Below the pieces are notes generated by a model. The model was given only the letters and a program-made list of their open reading frames with translations, was not told the DNA's origin and did no database searches. A DNA stretch of 47,581 bases from Nemertoderma westbladi (Eukaryota > Animalia > Xenacoelomorpha), in the NCBI GenBank assembly GCA_032718475.1, contig JAUCBJ010008342.1, positions 1-47,581 on the forward strand. Reading direction: 5' to 3'. The position numbers were made by a program, and so were the translations under genes. Below, piece by piece: positions 23,762 through 35,500 of the stretch (positions within the stretch are counted from its first letter, which is position 1; every line of letters begins with the position of its first letter).

Positions 23762-24811
23762 TTCTATACTGACGAATTCTCCGACGCCAACGAATCCTGT
23801 TACCTAATAAATACCTCAGTGTATCGAGCACTTACTTATGAAAAGGACACCGACAATGAGTTCCCCCCAACTACCTTTGACAGACAACCATCTTGGAAAG
23901 CTCCAACTTCCAACGTAGGAATCAGAGAATTTCCTGTAGTGCAGGTAAGAGTTCACAGTCCTAACAAAAGTTACATAGTGAACGCACTCCTTGACTCCGG
24001 CAGCACAGGAACATTCATCGATCAAGAACTAGCCGAAGATATCTTTGCTGGACAACCCAAATTCCGGACTAAATTGAATATGTCAGGAATTATGCAGGTT
24101 TGGAAATATACCCTAACGGCAGATTACTATGTAGGTGTGTTGTCCACCCCCCAGGATAAATTAGGAGCACAAGGTATAAGGTCGGTAAAAATGGTGGCTA
24201 TAAAGAACTTCGCTACTACCCAAGCAGACCTTTATAATTGGGACGAGGATGAGAGCATCCAACATCTTAAGATACCTCGATTCCAGACAGATTATCCTGG
24301 AGTGCAAATACTCATCGGCCAAAACGCGCATGAGGTGCTCGAGACATTGGAGAAACGGCCTGCTCAACCGCAGCCACTACAAACCTATGCGGTAAGAACT
24401 AGAGTAGGTTGGTACTTCACTGGCCCTTCCCGCAGAACTCTCAAAGAGAGATTACCTCAACAACAGGTATACCAAGTAAAGGAATGGGAAGTGGAGAGCA
24501 GTGATGTGGACGATCCAACTGAGGGAACACCATACTCCTCAGATAATGACGATATTAACTCCAATGTAGATCAATGGAGACATTGCCTTGGGACGATTAA
24601 TCCAGCCGACATCGCTTCCAGAGGAGCAACTCCTCAAGAACTGATAGATACTCCAGGCTGGTTAGGTGGATCCGACTTCTTAAGTAAAGAAGAAGAAGAA
24701 TGGCCTCCTCATCTTACCCCGGTGAAGATTAGACAGGCCAAGGGAGCGGAGAAAGTAACACAACAACTAAATCGCCCAGCTAGTCGTTTATGTTTACTGG
24801 AAAGAGACTGA
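23762..24811 (+). pseudogene. pol: Aspartic protease plus deleted pol remnant of B
   Basis: In frame with gag after one TGA. VNALLDSGSTGTFI is the protease active site; QWRHCLGTINPADIASRG is the Pao RNase H end; LNRPASRLCLLE is the integrase tail. RT and IN cores are absent. Confidence 0.85.
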
Positions 24812-26526
24812 AAACTGTCCGGAAACTATGGAAGGCAAGATACTCTTCCTACGACCACTTCCCTAATCCGACAAATATCTAGGGACTCCATAACGTAATA
24901 ACATATGGAGTGGGCGTGTGACTATATCATTTTATATTTGTTTTTATTTTATATTTATGTATGTATTATTATGTAATTTTATTATAATCGTTTTCTTTAA
25001 TTTTATTTAGTAGAATGTTATTTTAGTGATTATTTAGTAGATTAGTGCAATATATTAGTGTTTATTACGTACGTAATTACTTATAATATATATTTAGTGC
25101 GACGGCGAGAAATAATTTTTTCTCTTTCCTTACTGTCCGTATCATATTATAAATACGTGACTACAGTAAGATGAAATATCCGTACTTCTTAAAGTACAAT
25201 AAAGCCACTACTATATTCAAGTATTATTGGTAGGCAGAGTATTGGGAATGCAAAGTTCAGATCCTCGTGTCTCGGCTAAACCAAGCTCTGGGTAGACCTT
25301 GGAAACGACTTGCCTCTTCACACTGACATTGCTTCGTGCGATATTGCTCTCATACCGTATATTAAATAATACATATAGTAGCGTGATGTCCATATAACAG
25401 TAGCGTAAAACGCAAATCAATCTGTTAAACCTTTTGACCATCTGTAATTCTAGTCGATTAAGATATCGCGGCACCCACCGATATACTTGAAAGACAAATT
25501 CTAGAATCAGTGGTTAACGTCCCCAGACAAGTTCTGGAATAAATCGGTGCCCATCTTAAATATTAATTTAATATTTATTAAAATCTGTAAAATTCAGATC
25601 CTTTAAAATTTCTAGTCAATTAAGATATCGCAGCACTTACCGATACTCTTAAAAGACAATTTTCATAGAATTAAGGATCCTATGTCCCCAGACCTGCTCT
25701 GGAATCAAATTGTGTCAATTTTAACATCAAATAATAAAATTCACGGGAATAAATTCAAATTCATATTTTAAATGAATTTCATAAATTGTCATTTTGTACA
25801 ATTTATAACATTCCCAAAATTCCATTAATTAATAGATCATGGGAGCGGAGATTCATCCTATTGAGTGTATTAGAGTGCGAGAATCTCCAACATATAGTCA
25901 ATAGCCGATAAAATTAATAAAATCATACATAAAGAGGATATTGACAATTAAAGAATTATTATTAAATAGCATCCCAGATCTGTATGCATGAGAATTGCCC
26001 TAATTCTACCGCTAGCATTCCATAATGTCACCATAGCAACAACCACGCTAGAATTAGAAGTGAGTTAAAAGAACAATAGAAGGCATGCCCCGTTGCATAG
26101 CATAGAGAATACATAGCACACTGTTAGTATCCAAAGATACACAGTAATAACGTGACATTCTGGAAGGCACTGACTAACGGACAAATGGCCTGTATGTGTA
26201 CAATTGGTGACAGTTGTGTGGAATTTGTGCGTTTGTAGGTGAATGTTACTGCTAAGGTGTGTTTACAGTAGCTAGTCGCAATTGTGAAAGTAGCCCAACT
26301 CTCCTATAAAAATAACCTAAAGTGGATTCAAGCCTTTGGGACAGACAGTGGAGTGACTTGTGCCGGTTATCGTTGTCGTGCTGTTGCTACATGTTGGTGT
26401 AAACACCGCGACGACGGTACATCGGCGCTGAGAATCCCACTGTCCGGGGGCAAAGCGAGGTAGGCAGCGACGTCCGCTCGCCTAAACATAAACTCATTTC
26501 GATATTAATAAACTCAGATAGCAGAT

Positions 26527-27975
26527 ATGACGGAGTTGATAGAAGATGATCTTGGTATCAGGGAGCGATATACTCTACCTTTACAAGCATTTGTGGATAG
26601 CTTGATACGCGGTGAAGCCGATCCAACCATTACGGAGGACGATGGTCGTTATATCGAACCGCCGATGTCCCAAGAGCAACTTACGCGTGAATTGGACTAT
26701 CGAAAATTCACCGCTCGCTATACGCATCGTAATGGTACGTATATGGACTTCCTAACTACCGGCCATCCTATCGATTTACATGATACGGACGATGTAGACA
26801 CCGAAAGGGAAATAGTTCTATTTAGATATCATACCCAGCGGCATCGTAACGATAAACCGAGAATAGATCACGAAAATTATATTCGTAACAGACTGGGAAG
26901 ACGAACCAATATGCCTAGAATATGAGGAGATTCAGCCTATCGCGCCCGGAACAGCGACAACGATTACATCCTAGAATGGTATCAAGGTCCACAGTGTCTC
27001 ACTACGTACGATTATCGCCATGCCAACTATGTTTCTCGGCAACGTTGTCGGTTATGCGCATCGAGTGACCATGTTACGCCCATGGACACAAACGTCCGCT
27101 GTTCCTATTACCAAGAACAACCGACTATGGAAATTTATTGCGCATATTGCAGACTCAATAACTTGCATATCTTTGCGGTTTGCCCTCAATTTATGACTCA
27201 ATGTCACCATTGTCAACTAAAGGGACACGCCAGTTTCGATTGCCCTTTTAATCACGATTTGGAAAGCGTAGATGAAATGATCACACTACGTTACATCAGA
27301 GCTTGGGAAGCGAATGCTGATTTACATTGTGATTCGCGCCATCGCTATTATCCCGGACGCGCTTACGAAGGAGTTTATGCGTTCCATCCTTATCTATTCG
27401 CTTCGGTCGAACAGAAATCACGCATATCGAGTTACGAACTACTGAAGCGCGTCGGAGAATGTATTTCAACCAAGTTCGTACGTAAATTTCTCAGGTGTGT
27501 TAAACCTAGCGACCTTCATTCCTATAACTTAATCAATTACATCCGTCAGGATCCGGACTATGGAGACTTATTTGTTAACTCACACCCAGAGTTACAGGAA
27601 GTATATCGGCGGCCTTACGAATGCCGAGCCCGCGAACGTGAGTTGGAAAGAACCATTAAACCCCGGAGGTTTCTGACTGCCTATGGTCCACCCACGGCTC
27701 TCGTTCAGACCACTCGTAAAGGACCCGTAAGAGCGGCCGTCCTAAAACGCGCTCTCAAAGCCGTTAGACCCCTCTCCCCCGACGTTGATGACAATCAACC
27801 CGGTACTTCAACTGGCGGATACACCGACCATAATCCTATACCCTCTGATGCAATCATATTGCACCCTTCACCCAGGAGTTATAGCCCTCCTTGTAAAGTG
27901 GCTCGCCCCAAAGAGAAAAGGACTCTGGCTAGCTTTAAAAAACTGCGTAAACGCCGTCCGCGCAAGAAAGACTAA
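26527..27975 (+). CDS. Accessory 3' ORF of B (~480 codons, one internal TGA at 26923): three CCHC-type zinc motifs and a basic C-terminal NLS-like tail
   Basis: ORFs 26527-26925 and 27082-27975 share a frame and the gap between them is open. Motifs CRLCASSDH..C, CAYCRLNNLHIFAVC, CHHCQLKGHASFDC; ends KKLRKRRPRKKD. Confidence 0.75.
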
Positions 27976-28053
27976 CTGTTTAGAGTATTTACGTATATTA
28001 GAAACTGTGATTTTTGTATATTAATAGACTCAAATCCCATTTTCTGGGAGCGG

Positions 28054-29150
28054 TGTAAAAGCTTCTGTGGGATATAACTGGCCCTTTTGCTTTGCAATCC
28101 AGTTCCCCCCCCCAGGCGCTGGAATACTCTAAAAAGCTCTCTAGCTCGAATGATGCAAAGCGACCGGCTGATTGGCTGATTTGTTATACGAGGGGCTTTT
28201 TACTATGTTCTATCGGCCAACCAGAGCTATAGCAGCAGAGTATGCAACCAGGGCAACCGAGCGGAGTGACTCATTTTGTGTGTTGGCCAAGGGTTGCAAA
28301 AATCCTGATAGTTCGGCAATTAGATATTCGTGGAACTTGTGGAATCTGGTGCTCTGCCAATGAGAGCTATTCCTCTCTGTGTAAAAGATACAGAGAGAGA
28401 GTGTTTTTGTCACTGTTCTGTTGTTTCTATCTAGGCCAGGAACACCGGCTCTAGAGTGAATTAGTTTTCATACTTTAAAAGAAACATTGTTTGATTGAAT
28501 ATTATTTGGAGAACATTTATAAAGAACCCAAATTTCCCAATTTTCTTGATACACTACAGGTTAGAGAGAAGGGTTATATATATAGCGATTGCGACTTGTA
28601 TTATTGTGGTTTGTATTGAATTTAATGCTATTTGATAAGCACTACATGAGTCCGTTGCTAGTCTCTTTATATATGATAAAATTCATTGACGGTCGGCAAA
28701 GTAGTGAGCAGTATTGTGTGTTACCGGTAGTGTGCATGATTGTGACTGATAACTAAGCATTTCCTAAAGAATGCGCCTCATACGTGAATCATAAGCCTTA
28801 CCGACTTACCGTTGTGATTAGTATAAGTCATATCTCTGTTTACTTAGATAGAGCGCCACGTCCTAAAGGAACTGTTAATATTTCCCGAAAGTGAATAATA
28901 TTAGTCAGAAATTATTTATTAACGATCAATCGAATAATACAGTAGGCTTCACTGCAATAATAATCTAAGCCCTCAGAATCCAGTCTCCCGGGTATATCCA
29001 GCGGGTGAATGGACGCGCACTAGGCTGGCTTCTGCTAATGTTGTGTTTATTGGTATTAAATATTTGTCATCTTCTAAAGTATATTTATAAACCAAAAGAC
29101 ATATAAATTTTGGCAGGTTAAACTGCTAAAGGTCTTCAAAAGCGCGTACA
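28054..29150 (+). repeat. 3' LTR of element B (1097 bp; ~130-bp internal deletion)
   Basis: Matches 16994-18218 except for loss of ~17427-17556; preceded by the PPT-like TGGGAGCGG. Confidence 0.95.
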
Positions 29151-29155
29151 ACCGC

Positions 29156-30171
29156 ATGGTAGAACTCAGACGGCTCTATTCCACTATGATGTATCTTACC
29201 GCCGATCGACCGCTACCTGTTGTACCGGATAGCTTTGAACAGATGGAGGAATATTGTAAGCTGGAGAAAGATCACTCGCGTTTCCCCTACAAGACGTGCT
29301 TCTTTGGTATTATTGCGATGAATGCCCTAGACCTAACCAACAAACGGAAAGACCTAAACATCCGCGGAGACGTTGCACTAAACACGGTTTTACTCGCTAT
29401 ACTTGCGGGAGTTTCGAGCGAAATTTGTTTGACGTATCACCTACGCTCGTTCGACTCAGATGATCCTTAAATAAACCAATGATCAGAGTTTCGGAATACT
29501 CGATCAGACCTCCTCATTCCCTAGTGAGACCTCAGACCCTTGATCCTATTAGTATGATTGATCCTCCCGAGCTGTACTCACTGTTCAAAGATCTAGTGTT
29601 ACCTGAACAATTAGTCGGTGGCACCCCGGTTGTAGGCTTCCTAGATATTAGCCCATCCTACCTAGCCGGATTGGGACGCGGACATTTAATATCGCTGTTT
29701 AACCCTTACCATCGTCCCGGCTTAACACGATATAACCTGTCACCGAAGCGGCGGAGAGCGTTGTACCAAATGAGTTAGACGCTATTCTACAAAGATCAGA
29801 AAAGGAACTTACGCTTGTTCAGATAAACGTAAATTGCACTAGCAAGTCCAAGCGGTAAACAAAGCAACTTTATCTCAGTTCGATCGGGAAATCCAGAATC
29901 TCTAAGAAGTTATCGAACTTGGACGACCCTATTCTCTGCGAGAGTTTTTGGATGAACGTATCCAGCTACGAGCGGAGGAAAATCAACTCGAGGAGAAGCA
30001 TATCGAAACGGCGGATACCCCGACCATAATCTTACACCTTCTGATGCAATCATATTGCACCCTTCACCCAGGAGTTATAGCCCTCCTAGTAAAGTGGCTC
30101 GCCCCAAAGAGAAAAGGACTCTTGCTAGCCTCAAAAAACTGCGTAAACGCCGTCCGCGTAAGAAAGACTAA
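29156..30171 (+). pseudogene. 3' part of A's accessory ORF region, degenerate; middle unrelated to B's, basic tail shared
   Basis: Fragments 29156-29470, 29479-29778 and 29948 onward. From ~30010 the DNA matches B from 27814, encoding GGYPDHN...KKLRKRRPRKKD*. Confidence 0.6.
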
Positions 30172-30249
30172 CTGTTTAGAGTATTTTTATATTTTAGAAA
30201 CTGTGATTTTTTATATTTTATAGACTTAAATCCCATTTTCTGGGAGCGG

Positions 30250-31444
30250 TGTAAAAGCTTTTGTGGGATATAACTGGCCCTTTTGCTTCGCAATCCAGTT
30301 TCCCTTAATGCGCTCAAATACTCTAAAGAAAAACTCCCTAACTCAAATGGTGCAAGCTACCTGCTGATTGGCTGATTTGCTGTACGTATGGCCTCTCTGT
30401 TCTGTTCGATCAACCAACCAGAGCAAGGTCAACCAAGCAGAGTGATTCATCCTGTGTGTTGGCTAAGGGCTGCAAAAACCCGAATAGTTCGGCATTTAGA
30501 CATTCGTGGAATCTGTGGAATATGGAGCTTTGCCAATGAGAGCTTTTCCTCTTTGTGTTGAAAGCTACCTGCAACAGCTCACAGGGTTCAGTATGTGTAT
30601 TCTTCCACAGCCCAAAACACCAGCTTTGGAACCTCCGTGTTTCAGTCTTTAGCCCTACATTAGTAGGCTTAATTATAGAACGTATATCTGTTATCTCACC
30701 AATCCATAACATAACTTAACAATTGAGTCACTCACTAACCAATTCACACTGCATTCATAACCATTCATAACTTAACATTTTACTGCTATTTACTGTCGGT
30801 TATTCATTATATTTGTTGATGGAATATTATATTTGGAATACTGATAAATAATCAGACACCCCAATCTTCTTGATATACTAAAGGTTAGAGAGACAGGTTA
30901 CATATAACGATTGCGACTTACATTAAGTGGTTTGAAGTGAATCTAATGCTATTTCATAGGCCCTACATGTATTGTCTGTTGTTCTCTTTATATGTGACTA
31001 AAATTAGTGAAGGTCGGCAGATCAGTGTGCAGCATTGTGCAGTATTGTGTATGATTGTGACTGATAACAAAGCATCTCCTAAAGAATGCGCCATATACGT
31101 GAATCTATAGCCATCCCGTTGTGTCTAGTTTAAGTCATAACTCTGTTTATATATTTAGAGCGCCACGTCCTAAAGGAACTGTTAATATTTCCCGAAAGTG
31201 AATAATATTTGTCAGAGATTATATATATTACGACCAATCGAATAATACAGTAGGCCTACCCCGCAATACGGTTAGGCTTCCGAATCCAGTCTCCCGGGTA
31301 TATCCAGCGGGTGAATGATCGCGCATAGACTGGCTTCGGCTAATGTAGTGTATCACATACTTGTCATAGGCTAAAGACGATCTATTATCTAGAAGACATC
31401 CCAATTTGGCAGGTTAAACTGCTAAAGGTCTGAAAGCGCGAACA
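30250..31444 (+). repeat. 3' LTR of element A (1195 bp)
   Basis: Matches 6910-8107; preceded by the PPT-like TGGGAGCGG and followed by TSD GGCGG. Confidence 0.95.
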
Positions 31445-33413
31445 GGCGGTTTTCCATATCCTCCAAAATAAATTACCTGATCAGAGTTGCCAGACTGACA
31501 GACAGTACATTGTACAGACAGACAGATGTAGGCATTTACCGGCAATTACCGGGCACATATTACATTACCGGTTATACAATTACCGGGTATATTACCAATG
31601 TACTGATGTAGGCCTACTCAGCTACCGGTACTGTACTGCTGTAGAACTAACCAACTCTCCATGGTTACAGGATAATGAGAAGTAATTTATTTTGGAGGAT
31701 ATGGAAAACCGCCATTTAATTTAAATATGTAATGGACATCTTACAGTTGTATGATTAAATCCGGTACTTTCCTAAGTGTGTTATTTTTTGGTGTAGATTT
31801 TAATTACAGCTGTGTTCGCATATGTTCCGCCTGTATTCTATTGTGTTCTGCTGTGTTCTACTGTGTTCTGTAAAAAGATATATCCTTAAAATCAAACACA
31901 AAATCCAATAATGGAATCATGAAAAAAATGTTAATGGCCATATCTAGATCTATGATATTTCACAATGACAATGTCAATGTTCAATGACAATGGCAATGTT
32001 ATTTTAATTTATTGTTTTGATTGGAATAACCAGCAATTGGCTATCCAACAGCGAAAACGCCATTTACATGGCTATGTTAGTGTTCGTGCTGTGGTCCCTT
32101 TCTGGCGCCTTTCTTCGAGTATTTTTCGTGCTAAAATTTTCAAACATTTTTATGGCTCACTAAAGTTAATTTCTTTGCGGTAAATAGCGGTTTTTTTTGG
32201 ATGCTGATCATTATTATAGAACTAATATAATATAACATTCGCGAAAATTTTTGGTAATTTTGAATGTGCCCCCTGGGGCACGAAAAAAACAATTGGTACA
32301 AATATGATAATGAAAATCACGACAAAATCAAATTGATTTTAAGACCATATAGGTTTATTGGGATGCTGATCACGAATATGACACTCAAAAATATCGTATT
32401 ATCTAACCATAAGTTCCATTTTTGCCGTTTCAAATTTATGCTATTAGTATTTTTCGTCCCTCGTCCCACCAGACAAGCACCAAAAACGATACAGTAGTTT
32501 CTTTACCACGAATATTACCATTCCTCATTGCCCCCCCCCCCCCCCCCCCCATCCCAGTCAAAGTTCCAAGTAATTCTATTTCAGAAATTAATATAAATAA
32601 ATTTATCATATAGATTTCTCCACAATAATTAAAAACTGGGGTTAGCACTTTGGGAAATCTGGTGTCTAGAAATATTCAAAGCAAACACACTATCCAGTTG
32701 TAGATCAGCTCAGACGGCAACGGCAAATAAACTCTAGCAATGTAATGTCGTTGAGTTAGCACTTTATAAATTCTGCTTTCGCGAAATATTCATAGCAAAC
32801 ACATTATCCAATATGTTTTAGATCAGTTCAGACGGAAAATAAACTCAAGCAATGTATTTTATTAACAATGTATGTCGTTGAGTTAGCACTTTATAAGTTC
32901 TGTGGTCGCAAAATATTCAATTCAAACACAAATTCCAATAATGATATCTTGCAATGTTATCTTGTATGCAAAGATAATTTTAGATATAAGTTATATCACA
33001 CCACAAAAACTACGATTTTATATTTGTGAACAAAATCGTGTCCTCATCTACCTGCAGAACAAAGTGGGTGTAAACGCTACGCCGACTTCCGACAACCTAT
33101 ACCTGGAACCGTTTTTAATTTAAGTTAAATAATATTAAATATAACATATGTGATCTCGACTGACATTTTTAATTGGAATATTCAGCAAAATCATCCACAT
33201 CAAATGTAACCTGGGACCCTTTCCATCAATTGACAATTTTGGTGTCAGTAGGTCTACAGCGTTATTTACACCCGCAGAATATATAATAATATATATATAA
33301 CCAAATTATTTTACTAATTCAGTAATAGGACTTTTGATACGCCGCTGACCATTTCTCATTGCCTCGCGCACCCTATATATTACTTTATATGCAATGTAGA
33401 TTTATAGATAATA

Positions 33414-35460
33414 CTATAAAGCCAGTGGCCCTTCGGGCCACGGCTTTCTAGTTCACAAGCCTATTCACCATTCCAAACATTAATTAATTAATTAACTTAA
33501 CAAAACTTCATATGATTGAGAGTGTTCTCTCAAACAAAAAACTGATGCTGTTTTACTTTTTCAGATATCTATCTACACTGGTCAACGTCCTTCACATAGA
33601 TGCAGCCTTATAATGTAGTACAGTAGACCTCTGACAATTATAAGCGTAAAAGCATTTTTAATAAATAAATTTGAGAACGTTTTTACTTTTCAGATTCAGA
33701 TATTTCGCACCCTAGCAGTAGACTGGAAATCCGGAGACTGGTTAGCGTCCTCCCCATACAAACAGCCTATGGTCAAGCATGCCTTTCCCAAGTATAAGCA
33801 AAAAAGCATTAGAAACAGCGAAATGGGAGAAGGATTTCACTTGAACCATTTCACCCTCTAGCGGCAGACTGAGAAATTGCAGATTGGTCAGAGTTTTCCA
33901 CAAACACGCAGTCTATGGCAGTATGGTGTAGTAGACCTCTGACAATTATCAGCTTAAAAGCATTAGAAACAACGAAACGGGATAAGGTTTTCACTTTCAG
34001 ACATTTCGGCCCCTAGCGGCCGAATGGAGAACTGCAGTTTGTTCGGCGTCTTACCTAGACACACACCCTATGGTGTATTACACATCTGGCAAGTGTCAGC
34101 CTGAAAGCATATTAATAACGAAATGGGATAAGGTTTTCACTTTCAGACATTTGGCCCCCTAGCGGTAGACTGGATAAATGCAGACTGGTTCTAACTCCTC
34201 CCCAAACACACAGTCTATGGTGTAGTAGACCTCTGTCGAGTATCAGCAAAAAGGCATTATAAACAATGAAATGCATAAAGGTTTTCACTTTCAGACATTG
34301 CGCCCCCTAGCGGCAGACAGAGCTATTGCAAATTGGTCTTAGTTCTCCACAAACACGTAGTCTTTGATGTAGTAGACCTCTGACAAGTATCAGCCTAAAA
34401 ACAATATAAACATCAAAATGGGATAAGCTTTTCACGTTCAGACATTTCGCCCCCAAGCGGCCAAATGGAGAAATGCAGTTTGTTTGGCGTCTTACCTAGA
34501 CACACACCCTATGGTGTAATAAAAATCTGCCAAGTGTCAGCCTAAAAGTATTATTAATAACGAAATGGGATAAGGTTTTCACTTTCAGACATTTGGCCCC
34601 CTAGCGGTAGACTGGAGAAATTCAGACTGGTTCTAGCTCCTCCCCAAACACGCAGTCTTGGTGTAGTAGACCTCTGCCAAGTATCAGCAAAAAAGCATTA
34701 TAAACAACGAAATGGGATAAGGTTTTAACTTTCAGATATTGCTCCCCCTAGCGGCAGGCTGGGGAATTGCAGATTGGTCAGCATCCTCCGAAAACACACA
34801 GCCTAAGGTGTAGTAGACCTCTGCCACGTATCAGCTAAAAGGCATTACTAATAACGAAATGGGAGAAGGTTTTCAGTTTCTGTCATTTCGCCCCCTAGCG
34901 GCAGACTGGAGAACTGCCGATTGATCAGTGTCTTCCCAAACACAAAGTCTATGGTCAGCAACGTATCTGCAAAGTATCATTTAGAACAGATTGAGTCTGA
35001 TGGTGCAACCGCTGTTATAGAGTTTCCTGCTGGTTGACAAATTTGGCTGAAAATGGTTATGGAATAAATAGCCCAATTTGGCCACAAATACGCATTCACG
35101 CATAAATGATGCATAAAATTCGCCTCGATATAACGACGTTTCGCATCCATGTGCTCGGGGGCAGTCTGCATCACGTAGATGCGCATCAAAAAGTAGCATA
35201 ATAGTCGAGACCCAACATGTAGAGTGACAGAATGAACTGCTAGGCCTACCGCGCTACCGGTACCAAATTCACGAAATCTGCATTCACACAAACAAACGCG
35301 TAAAATAAGACTCGAGATAGCGACAGTGCACGTGCTCGTGACGAGAGCTTTTGTTTGATGTATCGCGAGCTCCGATTGGTGCTTGTGTGTAGAAACGTAT
35401 AGCTTGGACAGACAAACAGACAGACAGACAGACACATGATCTATATATATAAATATCATG

Positions 35461-35500
<40 letters not shown>

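Larger units (their letters stand above)
16994..29150 (+). mobile_element. BEL/Pao LTR retrotransposon B (non-autonomous sister subfamily) nested in A
   Basis: LTRs at 16994-18218 and 28054-29150; TSD ACCGC at 16989-16993 and 29151-29155; colinear with A. Confidence 0.95.
6910..31444 (+). mobile_element. BEL/Pao LTR retrotransposon A (non-autonomous; RT/IN deleted), containing element B
   Basis: TG...CA LTRs at 6910-8107 and 30250-31444 are nearly identical; 5-bp TSD GGCGG (6905-6909 and 31445-31449); BEL-type gag. Confidence 0.95.
6723..31885. mobile_element. MULE-like foldback MITE (~620 bp when reconstructed from 6723-6909 plus 31450-31885) with ~200-bp TIRs, split by BEL element A
   Basis: 9-bp TSD TTAAAATCA at 6714-6722 and 31886-31894; GG...CC termini. 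The left arm 6723-6909 plus 31450-31475 is the reverse complement of ~31683-31885. The superfamily is inferred only from TSD length and long TIRs. Confidence 0.8.

Noticed and set aside
26527-27975. env or nanos as the identity of the accessory ORF
   Set aside because: No signal peptide or transmembrane segment is evident, and the Cys/His spacing does not match the Nanos CCHC pattern.
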